Shown here in pieces: positions 20,217-28,996 of a DNA stretch of 56,893 bases (within the stretch, counting starts at the first letter, position 1; each line of letters opens with the position of its first letter). Source of the stretch: Lysobacteraceae bacterium. Its GTDB lineage: Bacteria; Pseudomonadota; Gammaproteobacteria; Xanthomonadales; Xanthomonadaceae. The stretch spans positions 1 to 56,893 of the forward strand of contig DALYLJ010000001.1 of NCBI GenBank assembly GCA_031976395.1, read 5' to 3'. The notes under the pieces were generated by a model. It was not told the origin of the DNA. It saw only the letters and a list, made by a program, of their open reading frames with translations, and searched no databases. The position numbers and the translations under genes were made by a program.

Positions 20217-21176
20217 ATGTCGAAGCGATCGATGCCCCGCCTGCACACCCGAATCTCGCTGGAAACCCGCGCACTGATCGAGTTCGTGCTGATCCCCGGC
20301 CTGGCCGCCGTGCTGCCATGGCGCCTGTGCTTCCGGCTGTTCCGGTGGATTGCCCGCTGGCCATGGCTGTACCGCGAGCACACCCACGCCGCACACGCGG
20401 TCGCCGCCCGCCATGTCGCGATCGCCGATCGGCACGACTGGGCATGGCGATTCCGGCTGTGCCTGCTGATCGATCACAGCGACTTCTGGTTGTCACGGTT
20501 CCGGAGCGATCGCTGGCTGGCGAAATTTCTCGACATCGAGCGATCGGCCCTGCTCTCCGGCCCATCACTCGTGCTGTTCTTTCACAGCGGCCCAGGAATG
20601 TGGCCCGCCCGCGCGCTCTGTCAAGATGGCCGCCGAGCCAGCTTTCTGTCCGCACCGCTGCAACCCCGCTCGATGGGCGGAAGCCGCATCGGGCATCGCT
20701 ACGGACGCGCGCGTCTGGCTGAACTGGCACGAGTGACCGGCCTGCCGATCACCTTCCCACCCGGTGCGCGCGAGCAATGCCGGAAAATCCTGGCACGCGG
20801 CGACAGCGTCCTGGGCATGCCGGACGTGCCACCCGACGAGACCCGGCACCTCGTCACCGTTCCGATGTTCAACCGGCGGGGTCGATTTCCGGGTGGCCTG
20901 ATCGCAACTGCGACCGCCACATCCACCCCGATCATGCTGCTCGACTTTCCCCCTGATCTGGACCAAGGCCGCCGACGCCTGGTTGTCGTCGAATGCTTCA
21001 TGCCCGGCCGGGGCGACCCGACGCCGGACATCGTCGCGCACTGGCAGCGGATCGTGTTGCAGCGCTCCTGGTCGTTCACCCTGTGGCCGATGTTCGACAG
21101 CTTCCTGGAGCCTGATCCGGGCACACCGGAGCCCAGCGCGGGCGATCGACCGGGGCCGCCCTCCGCGACTCAGTAG
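20217..21176 (+). CDS. Hypothetical protein, possibly a distant LpxL/HtrB-like (lysophospholipid/lipid A) acyltransferase
   Basis: I trimmed the ORF to the ATG at 20217 (MSKRSMPRL...). The layout loosely resembles PF03279-type acyltransferases: an N-terminal hydrophobic segment, FFHSGPGMW where HxGNWE normally sits, and later LGMPDVPPDE...VPMFNRRGRFPGGL. This assignment is by eye only. Confidence 0.45.
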   Translation: MSKRSMPRLHTRISLETRALIEFVLIPGLAAVLPWRLCFRLFRWIARWPWLYREHTHAAHAVAARHVAIADRHDWAWRFRLCLLIDHSDFWLSRFRSDRWLAKFLDIERSALLSGPSLVLFFHSGPGMWPARALCQDGRRASFLSAPLQPRSMGGSRIGHRYGRARLAELARVTGLPITFPPGAREQCRKILARGDSVLGMPDVPPDETRHLVTVPMFNRRGRFPGGLIATATATSTPIMLLDFPPDLDQGRRRLVVVECFMPGRGDPTPDIVAHWQRIVLQRSWSFTLWPMFDSFLEPDPGTPEPSAGDRPGPPSATQ

Positions 21177-22108
21177 CGCGGCACGCTCGGATCGATGGTG
21201 GTCGCCCAGGCATCGATCCCGCCCTCGACGTTGAACACCTGCCGGAAGCCGAGTCCGCGAAAATGCTCGGCCGCCTGTCGGCTGGAGTTGCCGTGATGGC
21301 AGAGGAAGGCCAGTGGCTGGGCTTTGTCGAGTGCCGCCAGCCGGTCGATGCTGTCACGATCAAGCGGCTCGTGCGGCCCCGGAAAGGGTGCCCGCATGCG
21401 GTCCTGCGGCGGTCGCACGTCGATCACCCGAATAGCGCCGGCAGCGAGCCGGTCGCGCAGTTCGGCGACCGACAGGGACTGCACCGGCGGCGGCGGCTCG
21501 GGCGCATTCGGATTGCGGATGACCAGCCCGGCACCCCGCACATCCTCGATCCAGTCGATCTCGATGCCGCGCGCACGCGGCGCACTGGCCAGATCGAGGT
21601 GGACGCGCAAACCACCGACTTCGGCGACGATCTCCTGGCCGCTGACCGGGGCAAGCTCGAAGCGCGCCTCATGGCGGGCATCGACATGCAGGTGCAGGCC
21701 GATGCCCGGCTCGATATCGGCCATCGCGGCACGGATCGCCTCGGCCGCAGCCGGCGTGACGTGCAGGTCGGGCGGGGTTCGATCGGGTGCCGGCAGGCCG
21801 AGCACAGCGTGCAGCTCACCACTGTTGAGCATCTGCTCGATGATGTCGCTGCCACCGATCAGTTCGCGCCCGATGTACAACTGCGGAATCGTCGGCCAGC
21901 TTCCGAACAGCTTGATGCCCTCGCGGATATCGGGATCGGACAGGACATCGACATGACCATAGGCCACACCCAGACTGTCGAGCGCGGCCACCGCCTTGGC
22001 AGAAAAGCCGCAACGCGGCGCCCCCGGCTGGCCCTTCATGAACAGCATGACGCGGTTGGATTCGAGCAGATGTTCGATGCGCTGACGGGTATCGGGGGCG
22101 AGCGACAT
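21170..22108 (-). CDS. Three-domain fusion: monothiol (CGFS) Grx4-type glutaredoxin, IscA/HesB-like domain lacking the Cys ligands, and rhodanese
   Basis: Grx4 domain: VMLFMKGQPGAPRCGFSAKAV...WPTIPQLYIGRELIGGSDI. Middle domain: LHVTPAAAEAIRAAM...GLHLHVDARHEARFEL...GIEIDWIEDVRGAGLVIRNPNA. It has an IscA-like shape and NPNA end but no CxC/GCxG cysteines. Rhodanese domain: IRVIDVRPP...AFLCHHGNSSRQAAEHFRGLGFRQVFNVEGGIDAW. Confidence 0.85.
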   Translation of the reverse strand: MSLAPDTRQRIEHLLESNRVMLFMKGQPGAPRCGFSAKAVAALDSLGVAYGHVDVLSDPDIREGIKLFGSWPTIPQLYIGRELIGGSDIIEQMLNSGELHAVLGLPAPDRTPPDLHVTPAAAEAIRAAMADIEPGIGLHLHVDARHEARFELAPVSGQEIVAEVGGLRVHLDLASAPRARGIEIDWIEDVRGAGLVIRNPNAPEPPPPVQSLSVAELRDRLAAGAIRVIDVRPPQDRMRAPFPGPHEPLDRDSIDRLAALDKAQPLAFLCHHGNSSRQAAEHFRGLGFRQVFNVEGGIDAWATTIDPSVPRY

Positions 22109-22442
22109 GGGCGTGTGTGGCCGGAAGACGAAGACGGTCGATCATTTTACACAGGGCCGTGATCCGGATCGCTGACCGATCATCCACCGACGGATGGTCG
22201 GATTACCGCTCAGAAATGTGAAACAGCGCACTACATCACAGCTTTTTCACTTGGTCTTTTGCGTGTGACACCTGGCACTGCGCTTTCACCTGAATGCTCG
22301 CCAAACTCGCCGCTTCCAGGTGGCCGAACTCGCGACACAACGCAACGGACCTGGGCGACTCCGTCGGCACGGCAGGGCGTGGAACGCATCGCCGAATGCA
22401 GACGGTCATTTGAACGGAAGTGTTTCTCGGAGAGTAACCGCA

Positions 22443-23603
22443 ATGAACGGACGTCTGATTACGGCAGCAGTGCTGGTAGCCTTCTCGACCACCGCGTGGT
22501 CGGCTGAACTGCGTCGCGTCGCCAACCCGATCGAGGGTCAGTACATCGTTGTGTTGAAAGAAGACGCGCAGTTGAGCGCGCAGCAGCGTGGCAAGGCCCC
22601 GCTCGACAAGATCGCCGCTGTCGCCGCCGACAACGGTCTGTATGCCGACATCACCTTCGAAAATGTCATCCAGGGCTTCGTCACCCGCACCGATGACGCC
22701 GGCATGCGTCGCCTGATGCGCGACTCGCGGGTCGCCTTCATCGAAGAGGACGGCATGTCCTACCCGAGCGTCACCCAGACCGGCGCCACCTGGGGCATCG
22801 ATCGCGTCGATCAGCGCGACCGTCCGCTCAACGGCACCTATGTCTATGACACCGGCGCCTCCAATGTCCGCGCCTACGTGATCGACACCGGCATCCTGGC
22901 CAGCCACACCGACTTCGGTGGCCGGGTCAGCGGCGGCGCCACCGCGATCAGCGACGGTCGCGGCACCAGCGACTGCAATGGCCACGGCACCCACGTTGCC
23001 GGCACCATCGGCGGCGCCACCTGGGGTATCGCCAAGCAGGTCCGTCTGGTTCCGGTCCGCGTGTTCGGTTGCACCGGCGGCGCGGCCAACTCGACCATCG
23101 TCTCGGCGATGGACTGGGTGCGCACCAATCACGTCAAGCCGGCCGTGGTCAACATGAGCCTGGGCGGCCCGGCTGCCTCGACCATCGACACCGCCGCCAA
23201 CAACCTGATCAATGCCGGCGTCACCCTGGTCGTCGCCGCGGGCAACGACAACCAGAATGCCTGCAACTTCTCGCCGGCTCGCGTCGCCAATGCCATCACC
23301 GTCGGCTCGACCACCTCGACCGATGCCCGCTCGTCGTTCTCGAACTTCGGCACCTGTCTGGATCTGTTCGCGCCGGGCTCGTCGATCACCTCGGCCTGGT
23401 GGACCAGCAACACCGCCACCAACACCATCAGCGGCACCTCGATGGCCTCGCCGCACGTGGCCGGCATGGCTGCGATCGTCCTGGCCGGCAACACCGGCGC
23501 CAGCCCGGCCACGGTCCGCAGCACCATCGTCACCAAGGCCACCACCAACCGCCTGACCAGCATCGGCACCGGTTCCCCGAACCTCCTGCTGTACACCCGC
23601 TGA
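22443..23603 (+). CDS. Secreted S8 (subtilisin/proteinase K-like) serine peptidase with an I9 propeptide
   Basis: I trimmed the ORF to the ATG at 22443 ([21 protein letters not shown] signal peptide). An I9-like propeptide is present (YIVVLKED...[27 protein letters not shown]). The catalytic triad motifs are YVIDTGI (Asp), [11 protein letters not shown] (His) and [12 protein letters not shown] (Ser). Confidence 0.92.
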   Translation: MNGRLITAAVLVAFSTTAWSAELRRVANPIEGQYIVVLKEDAQLSAQQRGKAPLDKIAAVAADNGLYADITFENVIQGFVTRTDDAGMRRLMRDSRVAFIEEDGMSYPSVTQTGATWGIDRVDQRDRPLNGTYVYDTGASNVRAYVIDTGILASHTDFGGRVSGGATAISDGRGTSDCNGHGTHVAGTIGGATWGIAKQVRLVPVRVFGCTGGAANSTIVSAMDWVRTNHVKPAVVNMSLGGPAASTIDTAANNLINAGVTLVVAAGNDNQNACNFSPARVANAITVGSTTSTDARSSFSNFGTCLDLFAPGSSITSAWWTSNTATNTISGTSMASPHVAGMAAIVLAGNTGASPATVRSTIVTKATTNRLTSIGTGSPNLLLYTR

Positions 23604-23645
23604 CGGCACTACGATCCGCCTGACCTCGGCCAGGCGGGTCATCAC

Positions 23646-23678
23646 ATCGGCCCCGATTCGTCGGGGCCGATGTTTTTT
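23646..23678 (+). terminator. Rho-independent terminator of the S8 peptidase gene
   Basis: atcggccccga-ttcg-tcggggccgat gives an 11-bp stem with a tetraloop. It is followed directly by gTTTTTT. Confidence 0.85.
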
Positions 23679-23818
23679 GCGAAATGCCTTTTGCCGAAAT
23701 GGCGTGTTCCCAGCGGCGTCTCAGGCAACTGCCGGGCTGACCGTGCCTGCGGCGCGGCGCGGCGAACGATCCGAGTGATGCCAACGCCCGTGAACCATGA
23801 TCCGCCGACCGGACCGGC

Positions 23819-24637
23819 TCACTGGCCCGGGTCGAGCAGCGTCGCCAATTCCGCCTTGATCGCCCCACCCCGCTCACGAAACCAGGCCCGCCAGTGCCGC
23901 CACTCGGGGCAGCGCGATTCGACCTCACGCCAGAAGGCCGGCGAATGATTGGCCTGGATCAGGTGGCACAGTTCGTGGATGAGCACGTACTCGAACGCCG
24001 CCGACGGCGCCAGGATCAGGGCCAGGTCCAGAGACACCGTCCGGCTCGGACTGAGCGAGCCCCACAACGAGCGCAGCGGGCGAATCCGCACCTCACGCGG
24101 CGCCACCGGCAGGGTCGGTAGCCAGCGCGGCAACCAACGGCCGACATCGGCGCGCGCCTGGGCCAGGTAGAACTCACGCAGCAGTCGGCTCGACACGGCC
24201 GGATCACAACGTTCGGGCAACTCGAAGATCAGGCCAGCCGGCACCTCCTGCACGCGCGCGAATCGTCCGGTTTGCCAGTGCAACGCCAGATCAGCACCGC
24301 GCAGGCGGATCGGACCCGGATGACCGGGACGCACTGGCATCCGCAGCGCCTCGGTCTGACGGTATCGACGCAACTGCATCAGCAACCAGTCCGCGTGTCG
24401 GTCGAGAAACGTCTCGGCCGCGCGTTCGCCGACCCCAGGCGGGATGGTCAGACGAGCGCCGCCGGCATCGACGCTCAGGCGCAAGCGCCGTGCGCGCGGG
24501 TCGTGGACCCGCAGCAGGGTGGTCATGGTGCCGTCCGGCAGACGGATTTCACACGGCTCGCGCGCGACCCGCCGCGCACCCACCATCGAGCGAGCCACGG
24601 TCACCGCCGCGCGCCATCGACAGGCAGCGGCGCGCAT
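23819..24637 (-). CDS. YgjP-like (DUF45/M48-related) metal-dependent hydrolase
   Basis: The C-terminal zinc motif context is FEYVLIHELCHLIQANHSPAFWREVESRCPEW, the HExxH arrangement typical of YgjP. The start is uncertain: 24637, or the internal ATG at 24586. Confidence 0.78.
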   Translation of the reverse strand: MRAAACRWRAAVTVARSMVGARRVAREPCEIRLPDGTMTTLLRVHDPRARRLRLSVDAGGARLTIPPGVGERAAETFLDRHADWLLMQLRRYRQTEALRMPVRPGHPGPIRLRGADLALHWQTGRFARVQEVPAGLIFELPERCDPAVSSRLLREFYLAQARADVGRWLPRWLPTLPVAPREVRIRPLRSLWGSLSPSRTVSLDLALILAPSAAFEYVLIHELCHLIQANHSPAFWREVESRCPEWRHWRAWFRERGGAIKAELATLLDPGQ

Positions 24638-24653
24638 CGATGCCGCATTCGGC

Positions 24654-25562
24654 TCACCCTGCCGCGCTCAACCGGAAAGCCGACGCGAGCAGTGGAAACA
24701 CCCGCTTGAGTTCGCCGCTCATCAGCGCGAAACGGGCATCGAGTTCGGCTTCCAGGCTGTCGCGCTCGGTGCTCTCCAGCGACTCGACCGCCGCGTCGAG
24801 GAACTTCAGCTTGCGCAGGACCAGATCCTCACCCAGCACGAAGCCGACCCGTTCGTCGAGCACCAGCGCCAGCCGGCTGACCTGTTTGCCGGCTTCCAGA
24901 TGCTTGCCCACCTCATCGGCGGTCAGTTCCTGTCGCTGACACTTGACCACCGCACCGTGCTCGACTGGATCCTTCAATTCACACTCATCGCCGAGTTCGA
25001 ATCCCGAGGGCATCGGCTCGCCCGCGATCCAACCGGTCAGCACCGAGCGCGGCGAGGTCTCGGCATTCAGCGGCAGGGCCGGGAACGAACCCAGCGCCTG
25101 GCGCAGCTCCGACACCACCGCCTCGGCCTGCTTGCGGCTGGCGCTGTCCACGTACAGCACCCGATGCTCACGATCGAAATAGGCATCGGTCCGGACCGGC
25201 CGCACGAACGCACGCGGCAACAGGCTGTGGACGACATCGTCGCGGATCCGCTGACGGGTGCGGCTGCCGGGCTTGCGGCCCTCGACCCGCTCGATCTCAT
25301 CGACCTTCTCGGCGACCGCCTCATTGACCACCGATGGCGGCAGCAGGCGCTGCTCGCCACCGACCGTGACCCACTGACAGTCGCCGACGGCATGACTCAG
25401 CATCGGCGCATCACGGCCCAAGGGCGGAACGAACCCGGCCGAGGCGAACTCCTGCGGGCCGACCGGCTTCAGCCGTGCCTCGGCCAGCCGCGCTTCGAGG
25501 TCGTTCAGCGCCGAATCGACACTGGCGGGAAAGCGGAACAGGGTGAGATTTCTGAAGAACAT
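24654..25562 (-). CDS. rdgC: Recombination-associated protein RdgC
   Basis: The N-terminus MFFRNLTLFRFP... and the length of 302 aa are typical of RdgC. The protein looks collinear with RdgC throughout by eye. Confidence 0.9.
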   Translation of the reverse strand: MFFRNLTLFRFPASVDSALNDLEARLAEARLKPVGPQEFASAGFVPPLGRDAPMLSHAVGDCQWVTVGGEQRLLPPSVVNEAVAEKVDEIERVEGRKPGSRTRQRIRDDVVHSLLPRAFVRPVRTDAYFDREHRVLYVDSASRKQAEAVVSELRQALGSFPALPLNAETSPRSVLTGWIAGEPMPSGFELGDECELKDPVEHGAVVKCQRQELTADEVGKHLEAGKQVSRLALVLDERVGFVLGEDLVLRKLKFLDAAVESLESTERDSLEAELDARFALMSGELKRVFPLLASAFRLSAAG

Positions 25563-25860
25563 GCGATTCCCGGAAGACTAAAGACACAGCGAACATCGGT
25601 CGGCCGATCGTTCGATGGCGACCGACAACCGACGAGCGACCTTGACCAGCCGCGCTCGCCAGCCGCGATTCTGCCATGCGCTCCGATTTCGGGTCGGCGA
25701 CCCGATCGAACGCCGTGCGGCAACCGCGCCGGCCGACCCGTGCGCGGCCGGATTCGACGACGGATTGCCGATCGGCCGCAGGCGGCATAGTCTAGCCGAC
25801 AGCCATACCGATGCCGCTCATGCCTCTGTCACCACGCGGGCAACGGCGCTAAGCTTGGCC

Positions 25861-26079
25861 ATGGAGGCCACGATGCAACCCGATGACCCGGCAACGACTG
25901 CCCGCAAACTCACTGAACTCAAGCTCGAACACCGCGACCTCGACCTCGCCATCGAGCGACTGTCGACCGACCCCGGCGTGGACCAGTTGCAATTGCGTCG
26001 CCTCAAAAAGCGCAAGCTGCTGCTCAAGGACTGCATCGCCCGACTCCAGAGCCGGCTGATTCCCGACCTTGACGCCTGA
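25861..26079 (+). CDS. DUF465 (YdcH-like) small coiled-coil protein
   Basis: KLTELKLEHRDLDLAIERL...DQLQLRRLKKRKLLLKDCIARLQSRLIPD is the characteristic DUF465 pattern. I trimmed the ORF to the ATG at 25861; ATG 25873 is also possible. Confidence 0.7.
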   Translation: MEATMQPDDPATTARKLTELKLEHRDLDLAIERLSTDPGVDQLQLRRLKKRKLLLKDCIARLQSRLIPDLDA

Positions 26080-26462
26080 GCGCCCGTCCAGTCCGCAGGT
26101 CGGATCGCCTCCGTCGTGCGGGTCGGACCGGGGGATGGCCGCAGCACCGGAGGAGAGCCCGCCCGGCACAGCCGGCAGATCGAGAGATGCTGCGCGAAAC
26201 AGATCATCGGGTGACCGGTGATCGCCGGGCTGGGCTGCTGCAACGCGGCAGCATCGGCCACACACGCAGCCTCAGCCCGGCCCGCTTCTGCGCAGATGCG
26301 CTTTGACCCGACGCATGGTCTGTTGCTGCATGCTCGATTGCTGCGCTCGGGCTGCGCGGGTCGGGAGCCGGGACCACAGTCGGCAGGAAGGGCACACAAC
26401 CGATCACTGATCCCATGCCGAACCAGACGACCGCGCATCCGTCAGGGCACGGCAACGCTGCG

Positions 26463-28979
26463 CTATGCGCCCGCGCCCTGATCGGTCTTCGATTCCGACG
26501 ACAGCTTCATCACCGTGTGCCGCAGTTCGCGACCGAGGATGACACGGGCGTCCTTGGCCCAGTCGGCCAGGCGTTCCTCGAAATCGAGCTTGCCATTGCC
26601 GTCGATCCGGGTGATGCCAAGTTCGCGCAGCTTCTGGATGAACCCCCGGAACAGGGTCCGATCGAAGAACTCCGGCGCGGCCGGGGCATACAACAGGCTC
26701 AGGCGCTGGGCGGTGAGATGGCAGAGGTTCTCCAACTCGCCCGTGGTCAGGCTGCCAGGGCCGTTCTTGACCAGGATGGCGATGGCGATGTAGTAACGCT
26801 CGAACGCCTGCTGAAGACTGTGGGCGATGGCGCGCAACTGGAACACGGCGTCGGTCTGGCCCGGACCGCGACACAGGAAGCCACTGTCGGCATCGAATTC
26901 GAGCAGGCCCTCGGCCACCAGCAGATCGATGGCGCGGTGCAGTTGATCGACGAAACCATCCTCTTCCCAGGGCAGGAACAACTCGGCCCGGATGAACGGA
27001 AACATCAGCCGACCCAGACGCACCACGCCGCTGCGGCTCATCCGCCGATTGTTGAGGAAGCAGCAGGCGACCCAGGCCGGAGCGACGAACAGATGCAGGA
27101 CGTTGTTGCGGTAATAGCTTTGCAGAATGGCGGTTTCGCCCTGGAAGGCAAGCACGTCGCCGAGCGGGTGGGCAATCCGGGTCAGCAGGCCGAGCCGCTC
27201 GCCATAGGCGATCATCGCGCGCGGTTGCAGGTCGGTGGTGCCGACCCGCTCGCTGGTCGGCAGGGCCGCCAGCATGCGCTGGTACAGCCCGAGCAGGGCG
27301 ATCAGATCGTGTTCGGCCATCGCCTGCTTGGGGGTGGCCAGCAGGCTCAGCGACAGCAGGTTGATCGGGTTGACCTGGGCAGCGCCATTGATGTTGATCA
27401 GGATGCGCTCGGCCAGATCATCGACCACCCGCGCCAGCCATTCGGGACGGCTGTCGTCCTCGACCGGACGCTGGCGCCAGTCCGGGGCATGCACGTCGAG
27501 CACCGTTTCGAGCGAGACCGGTTCGCCGAAACTGACCGAAACTTCGCCATAGCGCTCGCGAAGAATCGCGGGAATGCCCCTGATCAGTCCCCACACCGAT
27601 TCGCCCTGTTTCGGCCGGCCGGACAGTTCGTCGAGGTAGCTGCGACCCTCGACCATTCGTTCATAGCCGATGTAGACCGGCTGGAACAGCACGGGCCGAC
27701 GCGGTCGGCGCAGGAAGGCACGCACGGTCATCGCCAGCATGCCGCCCTTGGGCGCCAGCAGGCGTCCAGTGCGCGAGCGCCCGCCTTCGATGAAGTATTC
27801 CAGCGAGAAGCCTTCGGCGATCAGTTCCGCGACATAGGCGCCGAATACGGCCGAATACAGGGCATTGGCCTTGAAGCTGCGGCGCAGGAAGAAGGCGCCA
27901 CCGCGACGCAGCAATGGACCGATGCCGGGCAGGTTGAGGTTGACCCCGGCGGCGATGTGTGGCGGCACGATGTTGTGCTGGTAGAGCAGGTAACTGAGCA
28001 CCAGGTAGTCGATGTGGCTGCGATGGCAGGGCACGTAGACCACCTCGTTGCCGGGCGCGATCGCCTTGAGGCCGTCCAGATGCCGAACCGTGATGCCGTT
28101 GTAGATGCGGTTCCAGAAACCGGTCAGCAGAAACGACAGCGAGCGCACCACCGGATGCGAATAGTCTGCGGCGATCTCCCAGGCATAGCCGTGGGCACGG
28201 CGCCAGACTTCGGACTTCTTGCGACCCTCCTTGCGCGCCTGATCGGCGATCGCCTTGCGGACCGGTTCGCTGTCGAGCACGCGATCGACCAGCAGGCGGC
28301 GGTGCGACAGATCCGGCCCGATCACCGCTTCCCGCACCCGCCGGAAATGACCGCGCAGCACACGCGAGACCTTGCGCACTTCGCGCTCGGGGTCGAGCCG
28401 CTCGGCGACCACATCAGCGACCGCCACCGGCGGCGAGAACGTGACGATCGTGGCGCGGCCATTGAGCAGGATCGCCAGCAACCGGCGGAATCGGCCGACC
28501 AGGGCCCAGTTTTCCGAGAACAGCACCCGGAACCAGCCCGACTGCCGATCCGGCGCCCGTCCGACGAAGATCGAGACCGGCACCAGCACGACACTGCCGG
28601 AGGGATTCTCGCGCTGGTGGCTCAGCAGTCGAGCCAGGCTGCCGGAATGGCGAGGGTTGCGCGGCCGGCCGAAGCGCGAGCCGCGCCGCCGCGACAGCGC
28701 GACATAGGCCCGCTTGTGGCCGAGCGGATTGCCCGGCAAGGCCAGCAGGGGTGATGGCAGGCCGGCCTCACGACAGGCGCGCGCCAGGATCAGCGGGTTC
28801 GACAGGCCGTAGCGCTCGATGACATAGCAGACCGGACGATCGCCGATGCCGAGGCTGTCGAGATCGCTCGGCTCGCGGCGGATGGCCAGCCACGGGTCGA
28901 GCAGGAATCCGAGCAGGCGCCACCACCACGCCGGGCGGCGGGCCGTGCTGATACCGGAATCGCGATCGCGACCGGCCAT
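26463..28979 (-). CDS. plsB: Glycerol-3-phosphate 1-O-acyltransferase
   Basis: I trimmed the ORF to the ATG at 28979 (838 aa; I recall E. coli PlsB as just over 800 aa). The HX4D acyltransferase motif is VPCHRSHIDYLVLSY. FFLRRSF, YFIEGGRSRTGR and the long C-terminal domain all read as typical of PlsB by eye. Confidence 0.93.
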   Translation of the reverse strand: MAGRDRDSGISTARRPAWWWRLLGFLLDPWLAIRREPSDLDSLGIGDRPVCYVIERYGLSNPLILARACREAGLPSPLLALPGNPLGHKRAYVALSRRRGSRFGRPRNPRHSGSLARLLSHQRENPSGSVVLVPVSIFVGRAPDRQSGWFRVLFSENWALVGRFRRLLAILLNGRATIVTFSPPVAVADVVAERLDPEREVRKVSRVLRGHFRRVREAVIGPDLSHRRLLVDRVLDSEPVRKAIADQARKEGRKKSEVWRRAHGYAWEIAADYSHPVVRSLSFLLTGFWNRIYNGITVRHLDGLKAIAPGNEVVYVPCHRSHIDYLVLSYLLYQHNIVPPHIAAGVNLNLPGIGPLLRRGGAFFLRRSFKANALYSAVFGAYVAELIAEGFSLEYFIEGGRSRTGRLLAPKGGMLAMTVRAFLRRPRRPVLFQPVYIGYERMVEGRSYLDELSGRPKQGESVWGLIRGIPAILRERYGEVSVSFGEPVSLETVLDVHAPDWRQRPVEDDSRPEWLARVVDDLAERILININGAAQVNPINLLSLSLLATPKQAMAEHDLIALLGLYQRMLAALPTSERVGTTDLQPRAMIAYGERLGLLTRIAHPLGDVLAFQGETAILQSYYRNNVLHLFVAPAWVACCFLNNRRMSRSGVVRLGRLMFPFIRAELFLPWEEDGFVDQLHRAIDLLVAEGLLEFDADSGFLCRGPGQTDAVFQLRAIAHSLQQAFERYYIAIAILVKNGPGSLTTGELENLCHLTAQRLSLLYAPAAPEFFDRTLFRGFIQKLRELGITRIDGNGKLDFEERLADWAKDARVILGRELRHTVMKLSSESKTDQGAGA

Positions 28980-28996
28980 GTCCACGCCAAGGGCGC

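Noticed and set aside
18915-20722. 520-aa minus-strand (18915..20477) and 534-aa plus-strand (19118..20722) ORFs
   Set aside because: Both are extremely Arg/Pro/Gly-rich and cross the two shorter genes, which have genome-typical codon usage. I preferred 19049..19951 (-) and 20217..21176 (+). This locus is the least certain call in the window.
22217-22240. CRP binding site (TGTGA...TCACA)
   Set aside because: The half-sites are separated by 14 nt rather than the 6 nt of the CRP consensus. I kept this only as an unexplained inverted repeat in the findings.
22273-22288. Sigma54-like element TGGCAC-N5-TTTCA upstream of the S8 protease
   Set aside because: The -24 half is perfect, but the -12 element lacks the invariant GC (TTTCA instead of TTGCA). 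No enhancer-binding-protein gene is nearby.
22236-23645. 469-aa minus-strand ORF
   Set aside because: It is antisense to the S8 peptidase, which has a complete D/H/S triad. It also runs through the AT-rich promoter region.
26415-28754. 779-aa plus-strand ORF
   Set aside because: It is antisense to plsB, which carries the HX4D motif and is collinear with PlsB over its full length.
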